Positions 37,553-49,575 of a stretch of DNA of 54,584 nt are shown here, piece by piece. A model generated the notes under the pieces. It saw only the letters and a list, made by a program, of their open reading frames with translations, ran no database searches and had not been told where the DNA came from. Every line of letters begins with the position of its first letter. Position 1 is the stretch's first letter. The stretch is from Nemertoderma westbladi (taxonomy: Eukaryota; Animalia; Xenacoelomorpha): contig JAUCBJ010005842.1 of the NCBI GenBank assembly GCA_032718475.1, forward strand, positions 1-54,584, in the 5' to 3' direction. Position numbers and translations under genes: made by a program.

Positions 37553-40500
37553 ACGGTGGTACACGTTACGCCTATGCCTACACCCCGACATACGCCTACA
37601 CCTACACATACACCTACATCTACACATACGCCTACACCTACAAACACACCTACACCTACACCTATGCCTACACATACGCCTACACCCTCACATACGCCTA
37701 CACCTACACATACGCCTACATCTACACATACGCCTACACCTACAAACACGCCTATGCCTATGCCTACACCTACTCATACGCCGACACCTACACATACACC
37801 TACACATACTCCTACACCTACGTCTACACCTACACATATGCCTACACCTACGCCTACGTCTACACCCATACATACGCCTACATCCCCACATACGCGTACA
37901 CCTACACATACGCCTACATCTACACATACACCTACATCTACACATACGCCTACACCTACGCCTACACATACGCTTACCTACACCTGCACACACATATGCC
38001 TACACCTACACATACGCCTACACCCTCACATACGCCTACACCTACACATACGCCTACATCTACACATACGCCTACACCAACAAACACACCTACACCTACG
38101 CCTATGCCTACAACTACTCATACGCCGACACCTACACATACACCTACACATACTCCTACACCTACGCCTACACATATGCCTACACGTACACCTACGTCTA
38201 CACCCACACATACGCCTACACCCCCACATACGCGTACACCTACACATACGCCTACATCTACACCTACGCCTATGCCTACACCTACTTATACGCCGACACC
38301 TACACATACAACTACACCCCCACATACGCCTACACCTATACATACGCCTACATCTACACATATGCCTACACATCGCCTACACCCCCACATACGCCTACCT
38401 ACACATACGCCTACACCTACAAATATGCCTACACCAACACATACGCCTACATCTAAACATACGCCTACACCTAAACATACGCCTACACCTACATATACGC
38501 CTACACCTACACATACGCCTACACTTACGGCTACACACATGCCTACACCTACACATACGCCTACACCTACACATACGCATACACCTATACATACGCCTAC
38601 ACCTACACATACGCCTACACCTACACATACGCCTACACCCCCACATACGCCTACACCTATACATACGCCTACATCTACACATATGCCTACACATACGCCT
38701 ACACCCCCACATACGCCTACACCTACACATACGCCTACACCTACAAATATGCCTACACCAACACATACGCCTACATCTAAACATACGCCTACACCTAAAC
38801 ATACGCCTACACCTACACATACGCCTACACATACGCCTACACCTACGCCTACACACATGCCTACACCTACACATACGCCTACACCTACACATACGCATAC
38901 ACCTATACATACGCCTACATTACACATACGCCTACACCTACATAAACGACTACACCTACACATACGCCTACACCTACACCTAAGCCTACAGCTACACCTA
39001 CGCATACGCCTACACCCCCACATACGCCTACACCTAGACATACGCCTATACATACGCCTACACCTACCTACACATACGCCTACACCTACACATATGCCTA
39101 CGCCTAGACCTACACATACGCCTACCCACACCTACACCTACGCTTACAGCTAAGCCTACACCTACGCCTACACCTACGCCTACAACTACACCTACACATA
39201 CACCTACACCTACACATATACGCCTACACCTACACATACGTCTACACCTACACCTACACATATGCCTACACCTACGCCTACGTCTACACCCCCACATACG
39301 CCTACACCTACACATACGCCTACACCTACACATACGCCTACACCTACACATAGGCCTACGCCTACACATACGCCTACACCTAGACCTACACATACGCCTA
39401 CCTACACCTACACCTACGCTTACAGCTAAGCCTACACCTACGCCTACACCTACGCCTACACCTACACCTACACCTACACCTACGCCTACGCCTACACCTA
39501 CACCTCACCTACACCTACACCTACACCTACACCTACAGCTACACCTACACCTACGCCTACACCTACACCTACACCTACACCTACACCTACACCTACACCT
39601 ACACCTACACCTACACCTACACCTACACCTACACCTACACCTACGCCTACGCCTACACCTACACCTACACCTATAGCTACACCTACACCTACGCCTACGC
39701 CTACACCTACACCTACACCTACACCTACACCTACACCTACACATACACCTACACCTACAGCTACACCTACAGCTACAGCTACACCTACACCTACACCTAC
39801 GCCTACGCCTACGGCTACACCTACACCTACACCTACAGCTACACCTACAGCTACACCTACACCTACACCTACACCTACACCTACGCCTACGCCTACGCCT
39901 ACACCTACAGCTACGTCTACACCTACACCTACACCTACACCTACACCTACGCCTACGCCTACGCCTACACCTACACCTACACCTACACCTACACCTACAC
40001 CTACACCTACACCTACAGCTACACCTACACCTACAGCTACGCCTACACCTACACCTACACCTACACCTACACCTACACCTACACCTACACCTAGACCTAG
40101 ACCTACACCTACACCTACACCTACACCTACACATACACCTACAGCTACACCTACAGCTACACCTACACCTACACCTACACCTACACCTACACCTACGCCT
40201 ACGCCTACGCCTACACCTACACCTACACCTACACCTACACCTACACCTACAGCTACACCTACAGCTACACCTACAGCTACACCTACACCTACACCTACAC
40301 CTACACCTACAGCTACACCTACACCTACACCTACGCCTACGCTTACGCCTACACCTACACCTACACCTACACCTACAGCTACGCCTACACCTACACCTAC
40401 ACCTACACCTACACCTACACCTACACCTACACCTACACCTACACCTACACCTACACCTACGCCTACACCTACACCTACACCTACACCTACACATACACCT

Positions 40501-41854
40501 ACACCTACACCTACACCTACAGCTACACCTACACCTACACCTACACATACACCTACACCTACAGCTACACCTACACCTACACCTACGCCTACGTCTACAC
40601 ATACGCCTACACCTATACATACGCCTACACCTACACCTACACATACACCTACACCTACACCTACACCTACACCTACGCCTACACCTACACCTACACCTAC
40701 ACCTACACCTACACATACGCCTACACCTACACCTACACATACACCTACACCTACAGCTACACCTACACCTACACCTACGCCTACACCTACACCTATAGCT
40801 ACACCTACACCTACACCTATAGCTACACCTACACCTACACCTACACCTATAGCTACGCCTACACCTACACCTACACCTACACCTACAGCTACACCTACAC
40901 CTACACCTACACCTACACCTACACCTACACCTACACCTACACCTACAGCTACACCTACAGCTACACCTACACCTACACCTACACCTACAGCTACACCTAC
41001 ACCTACACCTACACCTACACCTACACCTACACCTACACCTACACCTACGCCTACGCCTACGCCTACACCTACACCTACACCTACACCTACAGCTACGCCT
41101 ACACCTACACCTACACCTACACCTACACCTACGCCTACGCCTACACCTACACCTACACCTACACCTACACATACACATACACCTACACCTACACCTACAC
41201 ATACACCTACAGCTACACCTACAGCTACACCTACACCTACACCTACACCTACACCTACACCTACACCTACACATACACCTACACCTACACCTACAGCTAC
41301 ACCTACACCTACACCTACACCTACGCCTACGTCTGCACATACGCCTACACCTATACATACGCCTACACCTACACATACGCCTACACCTACACATACACCT
41401 ACACCTACACCTACACCTACACCTACAGCTACACCTACAGCTACACCTACACCTACACCTACACCTACACCTACACCTACACATACACCTACACCTACAC
41501 CTACACCTACACATACACCTACACCTACAGCTACACCTACACCTACACCTACACCTACGCCTACACCTACACCTACACCTATAGCTACACCTACACCTAC
41601 ACCTACACATACACCTACACATAAATGTACATAAGCCGATAGGCCTATACATCTGACTGTTGATTCTCAATTAAATTGGGTTTTCTACAATATTCCGAAC
41701 TCTCGCTTATTGTTTTGGTTCCTTTGAACCCGCCTCTGTAACCTGCTTCATTACTAACCTGCCTACAAGTAGGTGTAGTGAGTAGTGTGTAGGGTAGGCG
41801 TGAGCGTAAGTCTAGGCGTAGGCGTAGCCCGTAGCGTCTATACTATATCCCCGT
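37553..41854 (+). mobile_element. MITE of the 23553-23739 family with one massively expanded arm
   Basis: Left end ACGGTGGTACACGTTACGCCTA, right end TATCCCCGT, and a unique core homologous to the 23.6-kb copy. TTTG flanks both sides. Confidence 0.7.
37566..41621 (+). repeat. (TACACC)n-based hexamer array, about 4.05 kb
   Basis: An 18-bp compound unit TACACA-TACGCC-TACACC runs to about 39470, then nearly pure TACACC with TACAGC/TACGCC variants. Confidence 0.98.
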
Positions 41855-42950
41855 TTTGTAAACTTATAATATATAATAATATAATGCCTTTCACTCTCAG
41901 CATACTGTTGTGTGACACTGAATAACTTAACCAAATATATGACGTAATTGATTACGTCTATTGTACGATGCTGAATCGCATTCAAAGGCGAAATTTAATA
42001 TTTAATTTCTTATTCATGTTTAATCGCATTATATTAAATTATATAAATATATTGAATTTGGTTTATGCTTGTCGAAATTCACAACTATCCTTATTGTTAT
42101 GGGTTTAATCAATATTCAAATTTGATGAATTCAAGCTACAAATCTCCAATCGACGTTAATTTAATATTTTTGACAAGTACACCTTAACTAAACCATCTTC
42201 TAAATAATAACATCATCTTTTTAATTGACTTTATGCCATTAGTAATAAAATTTCATGGGCTCTACATTATTTCATCAATTTGTCCTAACTTCCTTTACAT
42301 GCTTGCCTTAACAAACTTGTCTTGTCCTTATGACCAAAACGCTATCCTATTAAATGGAGCGCCAAATTTGTATTAGTTCGGTCGGATAGATAAAATTTCT
42401 TAGCTGCGGAATTGAATGTTCTCTGGAAATGTCCCGCAATGACGTTGGAAAATGTAACTTGAAAGCAGGAAGCATGTCTTGTGCTTGGAATTATCAGCGA
42501 GTATGTTGGCATATGGCTTTCATCAATATTGATGGATACTCAATGTGGCAACATGCAGGAGGTTTTCATGTTGTTTGTTTGGACCTTCTATGCTGGCAGC
42601 TGGAAACCGTATAATTAATTTTATAGCACTGCGTGTTAGTGTTTATGAGCAAAAAGGTATATTCGTACATCATGTGATTAAATGTATACATTCAGTTCGT
42701 TTCTAATGTTGAAACACAAGCATACATGAAGTTTAGCATTATTGGAGTCTGTAAGTAATATCTTTATAAAGTTAATAAAAATAATGCAGTACTCACCTGT
42801 CATTAAATAGAACAATGACCCAAGCCAATATTGAGTTTTATGCCTCTTTGATGTCTAAATGCCAGATGATGTTTCCATAATTAAATGAGGCGACATGTAA
42901 AACATTCAATGTATCACATTTAATGTAGATAAGGTATTCATTCATATTCA

Positions 42951-43201
42951 CAGAGGAGTGGGGGGTTTGGTGGTGTGAATACTACAGCCAAACCCATCTC
43001 AGGGAGTTACGTTTAAGAAATTATAAAGTGAGGGAAAGAGGAGCAGGTTAGAGTGTATGTTATTCTCACAAAAACAATAAACGAAATGGATTAGCATAAG
43101 TTACAGTTTCATTTATTTTCGTATCACCTGATATTTGCGTAGATTTTCCACTGGAGAAGGATGGATTTTGATGTCGTCAAGACCCCCCCCCCCCCTATCT
43201 G
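42951..43201. mobile_element. MITE related to 11932-12185
   Basis: CAGAGGAGTGGGGGG start, TGGAGAAGGATG core and an identical CCCCCCCTATCTG end. Confidence 0.65.
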
Positions 43202-43304
43202 CGACTTGTTGTTTTTGATCAAACAATAATCCTTCTTTAGGATTGAAAAAATCAATGTTAAAAAGTTGTTCAGAGCTACATTATTGAGACGGTGGGACAC
43301 TGAT

Positions 43305-43590
43305 ACTACTACTAGGATCGGCATGCTGCATTGCAGCTGCATTTTTAAGAATGCTATGCCGGCTTGTCGACAAAATTGCGCCACCACAACTCCCTATCAC
43401 CCATGACATTTACTAGATCATCCGCATCTTCAAGGCCAGTGTCCTTTAAGATGCGTCTCAAGAAAGTCATGGGCTGTCCACCATGCTTATTCATTCCATG
43501 AGGCCGCCAAAGTACAAGATTATGCACTGGCTGGTCCTCACGGCGAAAGCAATGTCCTGCAAAGCGGAGGCGATTTTGTTCTAGTGTCAA
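43305..43590 (-). mobile_element. 5'-truncated RTE family B insertion (286 bp) with TSD
   Basis: 11-bp TSD GGGACACTGAT (43294-43304, 43591-43601), a (TAG)n tail and the RLRFAGHCFR motif. Confidence 0.92.
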
Positions 43591-44669
43591 GGGACACTGA
43601 TGGTTTGGCCGTGCTGTTTAGTTACATTACTGTAATTAAGTAAATAGACAAGACACCCTTAAGTATAAAGCGTTAGATAACCTATATTCAGCTTCCATAC
43701 TCAAAACCCTAAAGTATATTAAGTATAGCTTATAGTTTCAACGTTAATCAACTAAAATTAATCTAGTGGCTGCATGCATGTTCCAATGACAGTGATCATG
43801 CAAATTCTATTATGTTCCCGCACCAGGTGCAGTGCACCTGAACAAATTTATCAATAGAATGAGCATATAATCCATACTTTGTCGCTGCAATATTATGCCT
43901 CTAACTATAGTTCGGGATAAATCCGTAATAACCATCATAATAACCTTAAACGAACGATAAATGATACAATATGTCTGTCTTCTATTGGTTTTTTTTTTGT
44001 TATTTAAAATACATAGTTTTAGTGGTTTGTTTCGTGTTATTCAAATTTCGATGTGTACCGATCCTCGGCTTGTGTATGTTAAATTCTAAAACATAGGAAT
44101 CTATTGTCTGGGATCGATATGGATACCTCAGGTTTTTATTTCCTCGAGTATTTCAGTTTGGGTGGGGCAAATGTTAAATAACCAGTGAAGATAGTGGAGA
44201 GTACCATTTCCGAATTAGGATGCGCGATAAATTATTATATACTTTCACAATACGCAGTCATTGTTGAGCAGTTTCTCGAAAGTTCATTTTTTAATTTTTT
44301 CCAACCTCCAATTCATGCCGATTCTGAAATGAATCAATCAGCTTTGGCCTTGGCGGTTGAGAGACTTTATCGTTATGAGCGCAGATTTATTACATGACAA
44401 GCTGCGGCAGATTTTTTGCTTTCAAATGCTATATATATTGCAAATTCACTCCGAGCGTCATCGAAAAGTTATGTCTTGGGTAAAAAAGTATTTGCCTTCC
44501 TCTACTTGTTCTTTGCTGACATTAAGAGCCGGGAAAATACATTTTTCTAATAGTTTCTATCTTAGGTCCAAATGGATGTTCAGCACAATCAATATATGCT
44601 CTCTTTCTCTTTTAATGGGGATAGTTAATTGTGCAGCAGAATTTCAAGCTTCTGCAAACTGGTTGTATC

Positions 44670-44833
44670 TAAGGAGCCCCTAAATAGTCATGTCAGTATT
44701 TTTTCACATTGTTTCAGTGTTCCGTAGCTACAAGTCAGGATCCTATTCCTAATATACAAAACGTCATGATCCTGAGATAATATGTCATGATCCTGAGATT
44801 AATTTAGGATTTCTGGATCACTAGGGCCTTCAT
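44670..44833. mobile_element. Small degenerate MITE
   Basis: Imperfect TIRs TAAGGAGCCCCTA / TAGGGCCTTCATA and internal TCATGATCCTGAGA repeats. Confidence 0.4.
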
Positions 44834-45466
44834 AACTACAATGGCGTTACTGGATCTGGGAATTTTTCCAAAACTAATTTTCGAGGAGTGGGTTAAAAGA
44901 TCCATCGGAATTAAAGAAGAACTTAAACTGTATTGAAATGAACGACCCCAACCCAATTGGAATTAATTATATAATTTGCAGTTTCAGAACGAAAAAATAC
45001 TATTAATATAATTTGTTTAACATTTATCTATTATAGTTAGGCAACAGCATGCATGAACTTCCTTGATGAACGTCGAAATTTTATGAACAATAAAAAGTTA
45101 TGGAAAGGAAAATGAAAGATATTAAATATGGGCAAAACTAACATAAAAAAAACCGAAATCGCGAAACCAGTGAAAGAAGACACTCAACATACAACATTTA
45201 TCTCACATATTCAGTAGCGGTATTTATAAGTTCATTTAGATTATCTTATTGCCCGAAAATAAAACAGATAATCATACTGGACCAAGCAGATATTATTGCA
45301 TTGGAAAAACCTTACATTCAATAACTGTCATCCTAGAAGATTTTCCCAAAGTTAGCTAACTATATTGCATACTTACTTATGGGCCTGGGATTGAGCGTTC
45401 CAGAATATTGCAAGCACAGTCATATTCGTGAGAACAGGATACTACTGATATTTACCATAACTGTTA

Positions 45467-47568
45467 CTACTACTAGGTCGAGCGAACTCGGACAGTGGAA
45501 ATGGGATCCTTCCAGGCTTCCCGATTCTCCATAGTTGTCGCAATTTCGTTTCTCCTAAGTTCAGTATCCCTTTCAAGTTGATCTATATTTGTTATGGCCG
45601 GTCGTCCACGACTACGCTTTCCATGAGTTGGTTGCCAGAAAAGTAGATCTGGTATGACCTCGTCTTTACTTCGCCAGCAGTGCCCACTGAATCTTAATCT
45701 GCGTTCACGGAGGGTGGTTGATACAGGTGGTATTGTACCATAAAGCTCGGCGTTTGTCATGTGTTGTCTCCAGCTGATGTTTAGGGCTGCCCTTAGTAGT
45801 CTTGTGTAGCAACCATCAATTCGTTGTTCAAGTGATTTAGTCAGTGTCCAGGTCTCACCCCCATATAAAAATACACTTTCCACTGTGGCTCGAAAGAACT
45901 TAGTCTTCAGGTGCCTGGAGAGATCTGATTTCCAGATGGTATCCATTTTTGATAGAGCTACCCAAGCCTTTGCTTTCCTAACTTCTATGTCCTTTTTGCT
46001 ACTCTCTATCCATGATCCAAGGTACTGGAAGTCATCGACCTTCCAATGGTTGTCAAGTTTCCATCAACATTAAAGGTCATGAATTCGGTCTTTGTAGCAT
46101 TTATATGCAATCCAACCTCCTTAGCAGCCCTCTCCACTTTATTTAGTAGAAGCTGTGCATCTGCTAGGGTATTAGAGAGCAGGGCGATGTCATCCGCAAA
46201 GTCGGTGTCTGTGACTGTAGTTGCCGGATATCTACTACTTCTGCGTTATTGAAGTGTGAATCCCAGGTCTTCACCCTTTCTGGCCGTCCTCATTGCGTAA
46301 TCCAGCACAATTACAAATAGTAATGGTGCTAATGTGTCACCCTGCAGTACGCCAGCCAGGATTGAGAAAAACTCAGTTTTACCATCTGGTGAGAGTACCT
46401 GCACTTCTGTGTCACAATATAACAATCCAATGCCAGCAACAATTACTTCTGGTATTCCATAAGCTCTTAGGATTTCAAGCATTTTACCTCTATGGATGGA
46501 GTCGAATGCCTTCTTGAAGTCCACAAAAGTCATGACAGCAGGGAGATTCTTTGACTTAATTCCTTCAATCAGTCTCCGTAGTGCAAGTATCTGAGCTATT
46601 GTTGATCTACTTGGTCGAAATCCGTTTTGGCTCTTACGCAGTAGTTTCTCTATGTCAGGCCTAATCCTATATAGAATCATTTTATTGTATATTTGGGCAG
46701 CTACCACAAGCAGACAGATCCCACGATAGTTTGTTGGTATGCCAAGGTCTCCTTTCTTGGGGAGAGGCTTTAGTTGCCCTTTAGTCCAAATTGGTGGTGG
46801 CTTTTCCCCTTTTAACATCCGGTTGCAAACATTCAATAATGGTCTGTTTAGCACTCCGGTTTTCCATACCTGGGATTTCATCTAATCCACTCGCTTTATT
46901 ATTGGCCATGCTTTTAATGCTTCTTTGGAGTTCGGCAGGTGTGAAGTCCCCTGTTTCTATAGGTAGTGTCTTGTCATATATTTTCCTTGTAGGGCTGACC
47001 TCGATGTTTGGTGGCTGCCCAAGCAAGTTGCTGAAGAGATTTTTCCACTTCCCAACATGTTCTTCAGTACTATCGGCTTTGAGGTGCCCCTTTGCACAAC
47101 TTTTCCGACCAGATACCTCATTTACAGTTTGACAGGTAAGTCTTGATTGTTGCTGTATGTGAGCAGTTGTAATTGCTTCAGTTTTATCCTGTATGTACTT
47201 TTCCTGGCTGATGTTGTAGGCCAATTTAAGATCGTCCTTAGCTTTCTCAACCTTGTTAATGTTTTCGGTTGTTGGTTGTTCGGTTTTAACTTTGAAGGCT
47301 ATCTTAAGATCTTCTCTCTTACAAGTAACCTCAGAGTTTTGCCATGGCACATATTGTTTTCGTTAGGGTTTCTGGGGGATATGCCTCTTAGCTGATTCCT
47401 TGTGTGGGCTGTTATTATATTCTGGTATATTGAATTGGTGGAGTGGTCTTCATCCATTTACTGAAGTGCTTCAAAGCGGTTTTGAACTTCTACTGTATAA
47501 GCATCCTTTACAGCATTGTCAGTTCTGAGTTTTTCCCAGTCATATTTGATTTGCTTGCTTGTCCTGGG
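45467..47568 (-). mobile_element. 5'-truncated RTE-clade LINE (family A), frameshifted RT
   Basis: 16-bp TSD TTTACCATAACTGTTA (45451-45466, 47569-47584) and a (TAG)n tail. RT motifs NYRGICLL, QNGFRPSRST, FVDFKKAFDSI, GVLQGDTLAP, FADD, YLGS and RRLRFSGHCWR. Confidence 0.95.
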
Positions 47569-48350
47569 TTTACCATAACTGTTAGCACAAAGTTATAGGA
47601 ACTATGAAATGGAAATCAATGCTACTTTTCGATTTTGGTATAGTATAAATATCACTCAATATTCCATAACTATATTAAATCCATATTGCTTTGTTGATGT
47701 GATTATTTAGGAATACATATCATATCGAACGTGGTAACAGATGTTTGTGGTTCTATGCTCCAGTTAATATATTTAATATCCGTTGATTGGCCTTCTTATG
47801 GAAGGAAGCATCAGTAATATAATCATAAGCCTGGTAAACATCCTAAATGGGTGAAGCTGATAGTAGTGACAATGACTCAATCCATGATACTGTACTGAGT
47901 TAATTTGCACAGCTGCGCCTGTGATAACTTAATTGATTATGGTTTAATAAAAAATAGACACAAATTGACAGAAATATGAACACTTTCCAAGATAATAGGA
48001 GTGAGTAATGACTAAATTCAATAATTTATGTGCAATAGTACATCAATTTAAAAATAGAACGTTAGGCTATGGATTAGGACTATAGTAAGCTGAACAAGAA
48101 GACGGATTCTGTCATTGGATCTAGGGTAGTAGACTTGATGTGAGTTGTTGGAGCCTATAGATACCAAGTGAGGTTTGTTGTAGACATGTAAGTTTACTGG
48201 ACAAAGAGGTTCTAATATTTCTTGATCTTGGTGGAAACTCAGCTGGGTTGATCTTTAACTTCACATGTATTATTAAACAGTATAATTGCAAAATAATACA
48301 GATAGAATGTAAATACAGATATTTAACTATCTAACGTCCTAAGTCCGGGC

Positions 48351-48565
48351 TTGTGGGGCGAGCCACGAAGTGAGTGAGCCTTAGCGTAGGGGTACCATTA
48401 ATCAACCTGTCGTTCTGTCGCGTTTTTTTTTCAGTATTTTATTTTAAACGTTAATAACTCGGCCAATCCTTGATGAAATCTATCCAAACTTGGTACACAT
48501 GTTGTTTGGCAAAAGTTTGAAAATTTTCCAAGTAGAATTTGCGTAGGGCCTTTGTGCAGCATCAG
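48351..48565 (-). mobile_element. Helentron-like element 3' portion
   Basis: TTGTGGGGCGAGCCACGAAGTGAG matches the reverse complement of the end of 1146-1763. Similar to the 32608 copy. Confidence 0.6.
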
Positions 48566-49393
48566 TGTAACTGTTATTGCAGTTATAATAAATTTATTTG
48601 TCCAAATTTAAAATGCATTAAATTATTATTACTGTAGGATAAATCAGCTGGGTTTCTGACAAATTTTGCAATACATTGGGGCTGTCTGCCAATCCAGCAA
48701 TCTGCATGTACCATGTGTACCGGTACTATCAGGGTGTACTCAATCCCTGAATCGAGAATCCTGCAATCAGTCAATACTGCAATACTGGTCAGCCGGTACC
48801 ATACACTGCAGACATGCCATATCATGTAATCTAATTAAACATGGCCCCGGCAACCCTTGTGGTGATTATAGTTTAGGCCTAATTAGCCCAGTACCGGCAC
48901 CGGTAATAATAATATAATAGTTTAGATAGTTACCGCTAATCATTCAGTCATTGCTGCATTGGCACGGTACACCGTATTGCTGTACTGCCGTTGTAGTGCG
49001 CACCGTAGGTACCACCCTACTACCGGTACCGGCTGACTGGTGGCAACTAGCACTTCAGCACTTGTACAGCAACAGCACTACCGGCGATACACAGGTTGGA
49101 ATGTAGAGTTTGCTCAACAGTACAGATATAAAATAGTTATCTAAATTATATATATTACTATTGACAAGTATTGAAATATATACCGTTATTCGTGTTATCA
49201 GTATTTGCAACATCTGACATTGAAGAGGTGAGAGAAGATGAATACCGGCACTCAACAAAACCAACGCTTATCACAGGTCGGTATGGTTACCTCGAAACTG
49301 GCGCGACTGTCCACTCGAATACAACTTCAAAACACAAACGCCAACAATAAACTGAAAGCGAATCGAACGTCTTCAGAATAATCTGTCATTGGG

Positions 49394-49575
49394 ATGAAGA
49401 AAAGGAAGCCGAAACCACGGGAATGGACCACAGCTAAGATTGAATGCTCCCATTGTCAGAGTTCCTGGACCGAAATTGAAACACCAATTGCCGATGGGCT
49501 TGATCTCTCAAACCAAAACTTCCTCTGCGGGGTTTGCGCGGCAGTAAAGATTGAAAGTCTGGAAGCTGGCATCCC
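49394..49575 (+). pseudogene. PHD-like zinc-finger fragment, probably a LINE ORF1 N-terminus
   Basis: IECSHCQSSW...FLCGVC followed by a coiled-coil-like start (VKIESLE), then an abrupt switch to AT-rich sequence. CR1/L2-group ORF1 proteins often begin with a PHD. Confidence 0.45.

Noticed and set aside
37540-41670. Long ORFs encoding (PT/HT)n mucin-like, (YT/YA)n, (GV)n or (RC)n Cys-rich proteins
   Set aside because: They are by-products of a hexamer repeat that lacks stops in several frames. They are open on both strands, have no unique domain or signal peptide, and sit inside a MITE.
42100-44620. Faint minus-strand RT-like peptides (YLSDRT near 42400, EQVEEGKY near 44510; similar traces at 28.2-28.7 kb)
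   Set aside because: Probably very old LINE debris, but too degraded to delimit or classify by eye.
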